DNA of 64,000 nt. It comes from a virus. Its lineage: Duplodnaviria > Caudoviricetes. Within the stretch, counting starts at the first letter, position 1; each line of letters begins with the position of its first letter. The stretch is taken from positions 1-64,000 of IMG/VR virus record IMGVR_UViG_3300020047_007062; one strand, written 5' to 3'. Both the position numbers and the translations under genes were made by a program. Under the pieces are notes generated by a model. The model saw only the letters and a program-made list of their open reading frames with translations. It did no database searches and had not been told where the DNA came from. Shown here in pieces: positions 26,825 to 36,637 of the stretch.

Positions 26825-29800
26825 TTACATTTTTGGGGGTCTTACAAAATAACGGGTTGCCACAAAGGTAATGATTTGCTGCACGGTAAAATCATCCCCC
26901 GTGAGAGAGACGTACAAATAATATCCCTCCATCGGATCACCATTCAATCTCGCCTCATCCTGTGACACAAAATTGGGGGTAATGGAACTGTATGGGATAT
27001 TCACCCAATAGGTCTGTTCAAGCAATTCCCACCACGCCTCGCTCCAATCTGTTGACTGTGCGCCCGTAGCCATTGTATTATAGGCAGCCGCATTTTCAGC
27101 CGTAACAGCCATCGCCAATATGCTCTTTAACCCCATCGCGGTAAATTGCTTGTTGAGCATCGGTTCGGGGTTGACAATGAATAGAACATAGTAGTCATAC
27201 TCCTCACCGTAGAACGAATTGTAACCGCCCGCGTTCTCCGTATATGGGACGCCATCGAGGTGGTTAAATGTCACGAACATATTGCCCGCTGACAATCCCC
27301 CCGCCGTGGGTAATGGGTCTTTGCGAACCCAACGCCTACGGTAACGGTTAAAGACGTGTTGCTCCCCAACCCACGAGGTAGATGTCTCCGTGTTGCAAGC
27401 CACTATTTTATACTCATTGTATTGGCGGTCAAACAGTCCCAACACCAACTGATAGGAGGTATTTATAGCATCACTCAACTGCGATATGGCCGAATTATAC
27501 TTGTAGTCCCCCTTGCTGATCGGGATAAGCCCACCCCCCGCGTTCTCAATCACCTGACCACCATTGCGGTCAAGCCAATAGACGGCCCCATTCTCATGGA
27601 TCACCGTCAGGGGGTCAATACAACCAGCCGCGTACTCATAATACCTCACGTTACCAAACGCTTGGGGTGAGGCGAGGACGGTATCTCCCGCGCCGGGGTT
27701 GGCGGCAAGTACCGAATCGGTATAGATGGCGCATGAATGCCTCTGTTGGTTTACAACGAGAGTATTAGCACTCATGGTCAATGCGGTCACAGCCCCATAC
27801 AGACTATTCAAGTTCTGTTCGGTGAGCAAACTAATCTTGTTTAACCCGTTATTCTCCGTGTCCTGAATGAAGGGGAACGAATGGTTGACGGCACTCTCCA
27901 AATGGAGGCGCTTGGCGTTAATGTCATACAATGCCAAACGGCCACGGGAGGTCAAATCACTATCCCAAAAATCACTCATGCGGGTGTCCTCCACCCAATA
28001 GGAGGCCCAATTCATGCCGGGGACTGTGCCGATGGCTACCCCCATTGGGCGGCAGCGTATCCACGCATCCCAATATCCCAATGTCTGTATGGCGGGTGTA
28101 CCCCCATTCTGATTCTGTGTGTTACCCTCGTGGGCGCGGGATGAAGTGTGGGGGAAACGGACGTTCTGCCACTCCCCCATCTCGTACCACAAACCATTGT
28201 CGTCTGCGGGGGCTTGCCTGAATATTTCAAGCAACGCACCCGTACCCGTAGCGTTAGACGTGTTGGCCAATAACGTTCCCCATTCAAAGAGGTCAACCCA
28301 AATGGCGGCGCTGCTATTGAATCCCCCCACGGGGTCATACTTGCGGACAGTCATGGTGACGGTCTCACTTACCTTGTCGTGGTTGGTATTGGGCGTTACC
28401 GCGTTGAGAACCGATTTAGTCCTGAACCTGACCTGATCTCCCACTTCGGGGACGTAGTTATAGGTTGCCCCCTTGTATAGGTCAGTGTATTGCTTTTCGA
28501 GGCTTATACGAACAAGTCCGGGTGTCAAGGGATCATTCAACACCTCGTATGCCGAAGTCTGCATAAATGACTGCAAAGTGCCGTCATTCTTTGATACCAC
28601 ACACCAATGCGTTGCCCATTCGGGCGGCACATGGCTTATAGTCATTTTCCCCGTCACGTAGTAAGGGTTGTTGGGGTCTGAAAAGGCAGACGTATCTTCT
28701 TCCGGCGGGTTGAGGATGTTGAGGATCATGGAGGGGTCGGTAATCACCGCGCACTCCCTGTTGACCACATCCAAATATTTTATGCCTATCTGCCGCTTAG
28801 TCCCCGTCTTCAACGTGGGAACCGCATAAGTGGGTCTCATCACAAAGCACTTAGCGGGGGACGAAACAAGTTGAAAAGCCAAAGTGAAATTAGGCGTACC
28901 CGGAATCATTGCCGCCATTGTTGGTGGCCCTGATGCGTTGTACGCTGTCACAAAGGCCGTAATCACGTTAATGTGCTTTTGGGCATCCGTACCCACCCCG
29001 AAGTCACCCGCTTGTATTGTGTATGAGAATGAGTACGGGTAATCGGTTGCCGCATCATACGTATAGAATAGCCAAATAACATCATCAACCATGTACGGCA
29101 AACCCGACGTCACCAATGATTTGAATGTCCTAACCAATGTACCCGTATTGGTTTCTATCTTAAACTGTGGAGCAAACCGATTAACCGTGGTTATCTCCGT
29201 TATGTCATAATCACAAACCACCGAGGGGTCAACGAGGTCAAACTCCCTGTAATAGTCCCCAAAGGCCAATACACCACTCGGCATGGCCTCAATGGTACGG
29301 GCCGACTGTGGGACATCGTAGTAGTTAGGCTCACTATCGGATAGCGGAACCACCGCCTTGTCATTGGTGAACACAACGGTGTAGAAAGTGTCGTTACCGA
29401 TACCCTCATCGTCCTTATTTAGTTCCTCGAATATCCCGAAGGGGCCACCATCTACACTCACCGCCACCCTTATGGCCGTCACTATGTACGAACCCGTGGG
29501 GACATCTATCTCTATTGTGTTATTGAGGTAAGTTGTACTCTGATTCCCGTTCCAAAACTCACTCCCTTGGGGAATGGGAACCTTGGTTATGTATGACCAC
29601 GAAGATTCCTCCCCGTTGTCGTACACAAATTGTACGCGGAACTTGAACTGATGCCTGTATAGCCCGTTGATGGATAATGTGGCGTCGTCAGCATAGGCAA
29701 CCTGTATCTGATCTACGGGCGGTTGCTTGGCGAGGTTAAGTATCTGTGCTGTAACGGACGTATAATCCCCCGCGAGTGCCTTACTGATACTGATGCACCT

Positions 29801-30262
29801 AACGTCGTGGTATCGGGGTAATCCCCCTGCGGTGTTGAGGAAACTGTCGAAGTAACCGTCCGACCACACGAGTAAGTCCCCACCCAATACCTTGCAGTTC
29901 TTCCCAATGTAATAATCCTCCTTGAAGTCGAGGGCGGATGACAGGAGTACTTGGTCAAAATCCCCTGTAATCCCATTGTACATCCAAATGGAGTGTTGGG
30001 CAATCGTGCTGTAATAGAAAACGATGAACCCGTTGACTGCGGGGTATTCGCACCACCCAATCGGGAGTGACCCGAAGGGGAGTATGTTCGAGGGGATCAT
30101 GGCGACGTTCCCCGCCATACTGACAGCCGCAATGGATGAACTGTAAACGTTATCCACCACGCGCATGAAGCGCATGTCGCGGTAATCCCCTTGGGGGACA
30201 AAAGTGGGTTCGTCGTCTGAATTTAACCCACCCGTGAATGTATTTAATACTTCCTTCTGCAT
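26825..30262 (-). CDS. Tail stabilisation / nozzle (muzzle) protein
   Basis: N-terminal FTGGLNSDD..GDYRD motif; beta-rich; C-terminal propeller-like region. Confidence 0.7.
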   Translation of the reverse strand: MQKEVLNTFTGGLNSDDEPTFVPQGDYRDMRFMRVVDNVYSSSIAAVSMAGNVAMIPSNILPFGSLPIGWCEYPAVNGFIVFYYSTIAQHSIWMYNGITGDFDQVLLSSALDFKEDYYIGKNCKVLGGDLLVWSDGYFDSFLNTAGGLPRYHDVRCISISKALAGDYTSVTAQILNLAKQPPVDQIQVAYADDATLSINGLYRHQFKFRVQFVYDNGEESSWSYITKVPIPQGSEFWNGNQSTTYLNNTIEIDVPTGSYIVTAIRVAVSVDGGPFGIFEELNKDDEGIGNDTFYTVVFTNDKAVVPLSDSEPNYYDVPQSARTIEAMPSGVLAFGDYYREFDLVDPSVVCDYDITEITTVNRFAPQFKIETNTGTLVRTFKSLVTSGLPYMVDDVIWLFYTYDAATDYPYSFSYTIQAGDFGVGTDAQKHINVITAFVTAYNASGPPTMAAMIPGTPNFTLAFQLVSSPAKCFVMRPTYAVPTLKTGTKRQIGIKYLDVVNRECAVITDPSMILNILNPPEEDTSAFSDPNNPYYVTGKMTISHVPPEWATHWCVVSKNDGTLQSFMQTSAYEVLNDPLTPGLVRISLEKQYTDLYKGATYNYVPEVGDQVRFRTKSVLNAVTPNTNHDKVSETVTMTVRKYDPVGGFNSSAAIWVDLFEWGTLLANTSNATGTGALLEIFRQAPADDNGLWYEMGEWQNVRFPHTSSRAHEGNTQNQNGGTPAIQTLGYWDAWIRCRPMGVAIGTVPGMNWASYWVEDTRMSDFWDSDLTSRGRLALYDINAKRLHLESAVNHSFPFIQDTENNGLNKISLLTEQNLNSLYGAVTALTMSANTLVVNQQRHSCAIYTDSVLAANPGAGDTVLASPQAFGNVRYYEYAAGCIDPLTVIHENGAVYWLDRNGGQVIENAGGGLIPISKGDYKYNSAISQLSDAINTSYQLVLGLFDRQYNEYKIVACNTETSTSWVGEQHVFNRYRRRWVRKDPLPTAGGLSAGNMFVTFNHLDGVPYTENAGGYNSFYGEEYDYYVLFIVNPEPMLNKQFTAMGLKSILAMAVTAENAAAYNTMATGAQSTDWSEAWWELLEQTYWVNIPYSSITPNFVSQDEARLNGDPMEGYYLYVSLTGDDFTVQQIITFVATRYFVRPPKM

Positions 30263-30264
30263 TA

Positions 30265-31008
30265 TTAATGTGCAAACCTATCTCCCGTGGCGGTATAAAT
30301 GGCATCCAATACCTCCGCAATAAGCGGTGAGTTAGCCGCGAAGTTGGCATCGGCCATAGAGAAATCATACTGATCCTGCCTCCGCTGCCTCTCCCCCACG
30401 GGGATTGTCATGTCGTACTCAATGTCCATCCACGCGCAGTAGTTGATCCCCGCGTTGACGTAAGCCTCCATCACCCTCGTATTCCCATCCACGGACGAAC
30501 CATTTGAAATGTATTCGAGGACAACCACCCTGTTGAGCAAGGTACTGTCGAAGTAAATGACGTTGTTTGGGAGGTCGGGGCGGTAGTAACCTACGTTGAA
30601 CCCACCCGACGCCCCGAATGTCTTGTATTGGGGCCACCACGAGTTAAAGAGGTAGTCGAGTTCTATCCCCGACGTATCCTCATTGTTTGCCCCCTCGGTC
30701 TCCGTCAACCCTTCCAAACAGGCGGGGACGGGGATCATGGCGAGGGTTGGGTCAATGGTGAGTGTCCACACCCTGTTGCCAACAAGTACCCCAATGCGGG
30801 TGTACATAACGAAGTCGTCGGGTAATCCGAGGCGGGATAGCTTGTCGAGTTTCCCGTAGTGAACACCCAAACGGCGAAGCCCCTCGTGGGGGACAACTTC
30901 GGTGTACCACCTCTTGGCGTATTGCAGGAAGTGAGGGTAGTCCTGATCTGAACTCTTTTTCAGATAGAACATGGCTGAACGGGCAATATATTCGAGGTTT
31001 TTTACCAT
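30265..31008 (-). CDS. Tail ring / adaptor protein (crAss-like)
   Basis: LPDDFVMYTRIG motif; synteny. Confidence 0.55.
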   Translation of the reverse strand: MVKNLEYIARSAMFYLKKSSDQDYPHFLQYAKRWYTEVVPHEGLRRLGVHYGKLDKLSRLGLPDDFVMYTRIGVLVGNRVWTLTIDPTLAMIPVPACLEGLTETEGANNEDTSGIELDYLFNSWWPQYKTFGASGGFNVGYYRPDLPNNVIYFDSTLLNRVVVLEYISNGSSVDGNTRVMEAYVNAGINYCAWMDIEYDMTIPVGERQRRQDQYDFSMADANFAANSPLIAEVLDAIYTATGDRFAH

Positions 31009-31361
31009 TATTCGTTAACCGTGGTGGGATTGCTTAAACCCTTCGGCATCTCAAAGGTAATGGGTGCGATACGCGGTGGCAACCCCTCCTGAATGATGAT
31101 CGGGGGAACCTCAAAATTCTTCTTACTCAACGTGGGTTTCCGCGTGGGTAACTTGACCCCCTGCGACACCAAATAACTATGCAGCCCACCTTCATAGTGG
31201 CGTCCCTGTGCCAAATACCCTTTCACCTTCTCACACAATTCCTTCACCGAATCGGTAGTTTCAAACAAGGTCTTTTCGCTCAATACAGTATCAAGCTTTT
31301 TGTGTTGAACTTTAATGTGTTTGGCGCAATCAACAAGTTGCCCCTCTGTCAAGTTGTACAT
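31008..31361 (-). CDS. Hypothetical protein
   Basis: Coupled ORF in the tail operon. Confidence 0.6.
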   Translation of the reverse strand: MYNLTEGQLVDCAKHIKVQHKKLDTVLSEKTLFETTDSVKELCEKVKGYLAQGRHYEGGLHSYLVSQGVKLPTRKPTLSKKNFEVPPIIIQEGLPPRIAPITFEMPKGLSNPTTVNE

Positions 31362-31374
31362 ATCTGTTGTTTTA

Positions 31375-31986
31375 TTATTTGTTTCCTTGTTCCCTGTCCA
31401 CCCTCAAATTATTCAATACTTCTTCGGGTACTTGGTTAGTGTACCCCATCACCTGCAATACCGCCCTCACGATCATATTCTCCGACCCCGCCACCACCAC
31501 GTAATCGTTATCACCCAATTCATTAAAGTCAGCGATAATCCACAAATTAACGTAATCAATGAGCGTCCCCTTCGTATCCGTCGGCTTTTGGTTATACACA
31601 AGCCTCTTACCCCTCACCACACCCGTTATGCAATGTTGGTTCGGGCTGATGAAGTTGAGGTTAAAATTATCTGCCGTACTCTGCCTGATACTTATGGCCC
31701 TGTCCAAACTATCCGTAGCGAGGGTAATACTCCTACCCCCCGCCATTGGGCGGACGGGCAACGTTGTGAACCACACCCCTGAATCGTTCTGACTGATCGC
31801 CAATTCCTCATGCAAGATAGCAAGTTGGGACAACAATTCCGTCTTGGGGCCGAAGGCGAGTTCGGCAATCGCGTTCCCAATGTGCATCCCAACCACCGAG
31901 GGGTGCGCCTTACTCTTAACGTCGGGCGTCGTATCCCCACCGTTGAGGACATTTTGGATGATCTCTATGAACTCCCTCTTTCTCAT
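31375..31986 (-). CDS. Tail ring protein (putative)
   Basis: Size and synteny as in crAss-like ring genes. Confidence 0.5.
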   Translation of the reverse strand: MRKREFIEIIQNVLNGGDTTPDVKSKAHPSVVGMHIGNAIAELAFGPKTELLSQLAILHEELAISQNDSGVWFTTLPVRPMAGGRSITLATDSLDRAISIRQSTADNFNLNFISPNQHCITGVVRGKRLVYNQKPTDTKGTLIDYVNLWIIADFNELGDNDYVVVAGSENMIVRAVLQVMGYTNQVPEEVLNNLRVDREQGNK

Positions 31987-32681
31987 TCGCTCGGTTTAGT
32001 TTGAACCGCTGTCTGTACACCCCAATCATTCTGATTAGCCACCGACAAGATACGGGCAGTCCTGTTCACTATTTCGGGGGCCAATATATCGGGCCACTCA
32101 AAGTTAGTTGACGTAGCCGAATCATACACAGGTAACGTATTCACTATCGTGTAACCCCATACGGGCGTCACGGGCAATCTGAAATAGGTCAGGGTACACG
32201 CGGGAACCCCAATGGGGCTTACAAGTATCTGTGACCCCTCCACGCACGCAATCGGGTCGTCCACCGTGGGGTACATTAGCTGTGAACTGATACGGAACTC
32301 AAAGTCAGCATGTTGTAATATCTCGAACTGCCTGAAATGTTGTTCCTCGTCCTCGTCACAATCGGGCTTGGTTGTGTACATAGCGCCCCCCGATATGTAG
32401 TAGGCATAATCGTCGGGCAATGAGCCACCCATTATGTGCTTATTCAATTCTTCGAGGTCAATCATGGCTGCCGAACCCGTACCCTTGCGCTCAATGAAGT
32501 CCTTGACCTCATCGGCTAACTGTAACCCCGCTTCATAACGGGCGCGGTAATCGTTAAACAGTTGCAGGTTGACCAGTTGGATGGCCTGATTGAACCGCGC
32601 GGGGGAGAATAGCCCCCCGATCATGGATACACCACTCTGTTGGCGGACATCCTTGAATATGGTATCAACGGTGATGGTCAT
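31983..32681 (-). CDS. Head-tail adaptor / ring protein
   Basis: FSPARFNQ, LPDDY, LTYFRLPVTPVWGY motifs. Confidence 0.65.
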   Translation of the reverse strand: MTITVDTIFKDVRQQSGVSMIGGLFSPARFNQAIQLVNLQLFNDYRARYEAGLQLADEVKDFIERKGTGSAAMIDLEELNKHIMGGSLPDDYAYYISGGAMYTTKPDCDEDEEQHFRQFEILQHADFEFRISSQLMYPTVDDPIACVEGSQILVSPIGVPACTLTYFRLPVTPVWGYTIVNTLPVYDSATSTNFEWPDILAPEIVNRTARILSVANQNDWGVQTAVQTKPSE

Positions 32682-34384
32682 TATTCAGGGAGGTCGGTCG
32701 TGCGGCTTACGTAAACACTCACATTGGTGAAGTAGGTATTGGCATTACCAAAGACCTGAATGATATTGTCCTCCTCGTAATTCCAATCCGAGGTAGTTGG
32801 GTTATTGCTCGATGATATAGTGGTTGAACCCGCTAAGGTAGATGACCGTGACATAACCCATGAGGCCAAGTCACCATCCACCCGTGTCACCACAATCACG
32901 TACTTAAACGCTGTTGCCGTGGCGAATGAACCAGTGGCCAAATAGTCCACTTGGGTAGTGTCATTCTCGACGGTTATCTCCCCGCTACCACCCGAACTGT
33001 AACCCTCAACGGTGATAATCACCTGATCTCCTATGTTGGCAACCAAGTCAGCGCCCACAACAATGTCCTCGGCCTCCGCCTGAATATCGGTGTCAGCCTG
33101 TGAATACACCTGTGGGCTTGCCCATACCTTAAAGAAGGAATTAGTGAGCCACGAGGGTGTGTAAACCAACCCGCCACTATCGTTGAGCCACGAGGGGGCA
33201 TCCGCCGTGGTGTTCCCACACGTACACTCACTTCCAAGCAACTCCTTGAGGTTGGTCAACGCGGTTTGCGCATCGGTGTACTCCCCACAGGAAATAGCCA
33301 ATGCATACTGCTGTTGGTAGGCATTAATCAATGTCAACTGTGCCATATTGCCGGGGTCGGGGATGCCCTTATTCAACTGTGCCGCATACGCCACCACCGC
33401 ATCATTGATGCACGAGGCAAGCCCACACAACGAACTCTCACACACTACCGAAATGGACTTCTGCCCCCTTACGGTGTACCAAATAATCAATCCATCATCC
33501 TGCTCACATTGCATGTCGAGTACCACCACGGCCACGAAGGGGAACTGATCCCCCGCCGTATCCGCAATGGGGCTGATCGCCAACACAGAATTATATGTCG
33601 TCTTTGGGTCTGCCGCAGGGGCAGGTACAAGCCCCACGGGGTATGTCACCGAAATCCGCTTGGTTGTATTGGTTCCCGTCCCGTTCAATACCGTCTGCCC
33701 CGAAGGGATAGTAGTCGCGTCGGTCACAGCCATTGACCCCGCGCCATTGGCGGCGGTGCAGTCAACGCTTGATTCAATGGATACCGTTACGTGGTCACAC
33801 TCTGAATAGGTGTATGAAAACTCATTCTCCACAGTCTTACCCGTGGCTGAATAGGCAAATGTGCCGGGCGACGTTGGGGATTCGGGGGTGAACAAGAAGG
33901 CGCAAGTTATCACGGTAATATCACCTTCCTCATTGTACACAGCGCCGATCACCGTCTTAGACCCGTTGTTGCCAACGTTGGTACAACCCGACAGGGTTAC
34001 TGTATCGCCCGCCTCGATGAAGGAATAATCACCGGGGGCCGCGAAGGCTGCCGTGCCGATAAACTCAATGGCTGCCCCCGTGATGGCGTAGTCAATCTCG
34101 ACTTCCGCTGTGAACACATAGGCGCCCGGTTGGATGGCATTCTGACCCGCCACTTTGGGCAGTTGGAACCAACCCGTCTCCTCCTCATAGTTGGAGGTGG
34201 CATAATCAATCTCCACGGTGGCCGTGGGGAAGGCTGACCCCGACGGGCCGACGCCCGTTATGGTCATGGTGACGGGTGTAACCCCATCGGCGGCCAACGT
34301 GGGCCACGGGGTTTGGTCAATGATCTTGAATTTAATGGTATTCTCGTTGAATATTGGTTGGATGACCAATTCTGTTCCGTCCAT
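32681..34384 (-). CDS. Putative structural (tail/collar) protein
   Basis: beta-rich, Thr/Ala/Cys-rich; first gene after the promoter at 34402-34409. Confidence 0.5.
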   Translation of the reverse strand: MDGTELVIQPIFNENTIKFKIIDQTPWPTLAADGVTPVTMTITGVGPSGSAFPTATVEIDYATSNYEEETGWFQLPKVAGQNAIQPGAYVFTAEVEIDYAITGAAIEFIGTAAFAAPGDYSFIEAGDTVTLSGCTNVGNNGSKTVIGAVYNEEGDITVITCAFLFTPESPTSPGTFAYSATGKTVENEFSYTYSECDHVTVSIESSVDCTAANGAGSMAVTDATTIPSGQTVLNGTGTNTTKRISVTYPVGLVPAPAADPKTTYNSVLAISPIADTAGDQFPFVAVVVLDMQCEQDDGLIIWYTVRGQKSISVVCESSLCGLASCINDAVVAYAAQLNKGIPDPGNMAQLTLINAYQQQYALAISCGEYTDAQTALTNLKELLGSECTCGNTTADAPSWLNDSGGLVYTPSWLTNSFFKVWASPQVYSQADTDIQAEAEDIVVGADLVANIGDQVIITVEGYSSGGSGEITVENDTTQVDYLATGSFATATAFKYVIVVTRVDGDLASWVMSRSSTLAGSTTISSSNNPTTSDWNYEEDNIIQVFGNANTYFTNVSVYVSRTTDLPE

Positions 34385-34401
34385 GTGCCTGAGTTTTTAC
34401 G

Positions 34402-34435
34402 CAAAGGTATAGGCACTCTCACAAAAAAAACCAAA
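34402..34435 (-). promoter_or_regulatory. Bacteroidota promoter for the tail operon
   Basis: TACCTTTG on the minus strand at 34409-34402. Confidence 0.65.
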
Positions 34436-34484
34436 AAATGTTTGGGGAATAGTGTATGTGAGGTCGATGATTGTCATTGTACAC

Positions 34485-34952
34485 TTAATCATCGTGGCCT
34501 GCACCCATACAATATCCCGATTTACCTTTCCATTTCGTTCCGTCTGGTTCGGTCAATTCAAGATTTACGGCCTCTGGTGAATCGGACGGATATGCCTTAA
34601 ACTTATACCCGTTCAACTCTCCTTCAATACCGTCTGAATCATACCAATTCCAATCATCTGTTCCGGCACCTGTGCCTTTTTGATACGGCTTATCATCAAC
34701 CTCTTTTCCTTCCCAATAAATCATAGGGAACGACTTGTATCCACACAACCTGAATGGCCCGTTGCCAAGAGATGCGTGGGTGCAGTGAAGTTTTGATTTT
34801 GTTGAAGCCCGTGTTCCGTCTTCATTGTTGCCGCCAAAAGCCTGCCAATAGCCAGCTTGCAGCTCATCTTCTTGATAGGGGGTGTTGTCCTCTCTGTTTG
34901 TTTGGCGCTCTCCGTTTTTGTAAACGTATGCGCCCCAGTTTCCGTAAGCCAT
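34485..34952 (-). CDS. Hypothetical protein
   Basis: 155 aa, A-rich leader. Confidence 0.75.
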   Translation of the reverse strand: MAYGNWGAYVYKNGERQTNREDNTPYQEDELQAGYWQAFGGNNEDGTRASTKSKLHCTHASLGNGPFRLCGYKSFPMIYWEGKEVDDKPYQKGTGAGTDDWNWYDSDGIEGELNGYKFKAYPSDSPEAVNLELTEPDGTKWKGKSGYCMGAGHDD

Positions 34953-34978
34953 GTTGTTTTATTTATTACTTGTTTATA

Positions 34979-35257
34979 TTATTTATCATTCCTTGTCTCA
35001 TACACGCGGTCGGGGTCGTCTTCCCATTCCGGCACTTCAAAGTATTGTTCTACGTGGTCGGTGACGGACTTCTCAATCTGCAAATGCAAGTCAGGTGATA
35101 CGTACCTGCCGTGTATCTCCATGTCAATCTTCGTGACTTCTTCGTGGTCATGCTTAATGTACACATCCACGTCCACGTAATCCTGTTCTCCATCATCATA
35201 CCACACCTTCACTGTTTGTTCTGTCGCGGTTGTATTGAAGTCTTCGATGGTTATCAT
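34979..35257 (-). CDS. Acidic hypothetical protein
   Basis: 92-aa ORF. Confidence 0.65.
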   Translation of the reverse strand: MITIEDFNTTATEQTVKVWYDDGEQDYVDVDVYIKHDHEEVTKIDMEIHGRYVSPDLHLQIEKSVTDHVEQYFEVPEWEDDPDRVYETRNDK

Positions 35258-35281
35258 TTGGTTTGTGAGTTATCGGTAATT

Positions 35282-35509
35282 TTACAAAGCACCTGCCGCT
35301 CTCATTTCATTTTCAAAATTCAATACCCTTTCTTCTAATTCCTTTTCTTTACCTTTCCATTGAAATGCACACTCATAATAAAAATCATTATTCCATTTGC
35401 GTTCAGGGTATTTCCACTCTGAATGTTTCTGCAACCTATCAATCAGAGAGTACAAACTACTGCTAATATTGGTTTTGTGCTGTATTTCTTTGATTCTCTC
35501 TTTACTCAT
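35282..35509 (-). CDS. AT-rich hypothetical protein
   Basis: Downstream of TAGCTTTG promoter (35536-35529). Confidence 0.6.
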   Translation of the reverse strand: MSKERIKEIQHKTNISSSLYSLIDRLQKHSEWKYPERKWNNDFYYECAFQWKGKEKELEERVLNFENEMRAAGAL

Positions 35510-35574
35510 TTTCTCTCAATTAATTCCACAAAGCTACACGTACCCTCCCCCTCGCAAAACCCAATAAAATATAA

Positions 35575-35607
35575 AATCCCCTCCAACCCATTGGCCAGAG
35601 GGGATTC
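35575..35607 (-). terminator. Terminator of the capsid operon
   Basis: aatcccctc..gaggggatttt on the minus strand. Confidence 0.65.
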
Positions 35608-35627
35608 CACACTTACTAACCTTAAAC

Positions 35628-36575
35628 TCAGGCCGTGACGGCCCTCAATTCTTCCAACCTCGCGTGCAACGTAGCATCCGCCTTAATCGCCTTGGCAAAT
35701 TCCTCATCGGTCATAGCCTTAGCAAGCGGCTTCGCCTTGGGGTTACTATTCAAGTCGGCCTGAGCAAACCACCCCTTGGGGGTCTGCACTATCTGACCTG
35801 CTGACTTCAACTTGGCGATATAGATCATCTCGGCCCTGTACAGCCTTCCCTTCGCCATGTTTTGGATACGGTCTGCCGCCGCCTTGTCCTTACCCTGCTT
35901 GGTTGCATCCCATAAATAATATCGTTTTTCATCATCCTCAATATTGAGGGTATATCCCATTGCGGTGTACACCTCATTTAAGAGTTGAGAATCCATTTCT
36001 TCGTAAATGAACTTGCGGACTTTCTGTGCTTCCGCCTCCGCCCTCACCTTGGTCTTAATGGCCAATTCGGGGACATCAAAGAAATAGACGGGTTTACTCA
36101 CCACCTTGGTGGAATCCTCCGTCTGTATGCGGGAACTCTTGGTTACCAAGAACCACAACTCCTCGTTGTCCACGGGGAAATTGAATGTCCTGCCCATCCC
36201 GTACATCTTTGAATTTTGCGGCCACTCCGTCTTCACCGTGAACGCATTTAACGGCTTTTGAATCGGGGCTTTATTGTCGTCATGGTAACGCCAATGAATC
36301 TTCTTTAGGCCCGTGATCTGTTCGGTCGCATACACGGGGATAGCCGTGCGGGGCTGTGAAAGCCTGTACTCCCCCTTCCCCTCCTTCATCCCACGGGATA
36401 CATACCGTTTCTTTCGGCGTTCCTCCACGGGCTTCATTAAAGCCGAATGAACCTTACCCGTGCTGTCGGTTATACCGTAACTTGGGATCGCCTTGCGGAT
36501 AGCCGCCAAATCCTCCTCTGTGAGGTCATAAGGCTCCCAATTAATTCCGTTTTCTGATTTCCAAATTTTACCCAT
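35628..36575 (-). CDS. Capsid-associated / auxiliary protein (putative)
   Basis: Directly downstream of the MCP gene. Confidence 0.45.
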   Translation of the reverse strand: MGKIWKSENGINWEPYDLTEEDLAAIRKAIPSYGITDSTGKVHSALMKPVEERRKKRYVSRGMKEGKGEYRLSQPRTAIPVYATEQITGLKKIHWRYHDDNKAPIQKPLNAFTVKTEWPQNSKMYGMGRTFNFPVDNEELWFLVTKSSRIQTEDSTKVVSKPVYFFDVPELAIKTKVRAEAEAQKVRKFIYEEMDSQLLNEVYTAMGYTLNIEDDEKRYYLWDATKQGKDKAAADRIQNMAKGRLYRAEMIYIAKLKSAGQIVQTPKGWFAQADLNSNPKAKPLAKAMTDEEFAKAIKADATLHARLEELRAVTA

Positions 36576-36637
36576 AAGCTATGTTCTACCAATGGTTCCC
36601 CCGTGAGGTTCATTCCCCACGGGGGCCATCGGTTTGA

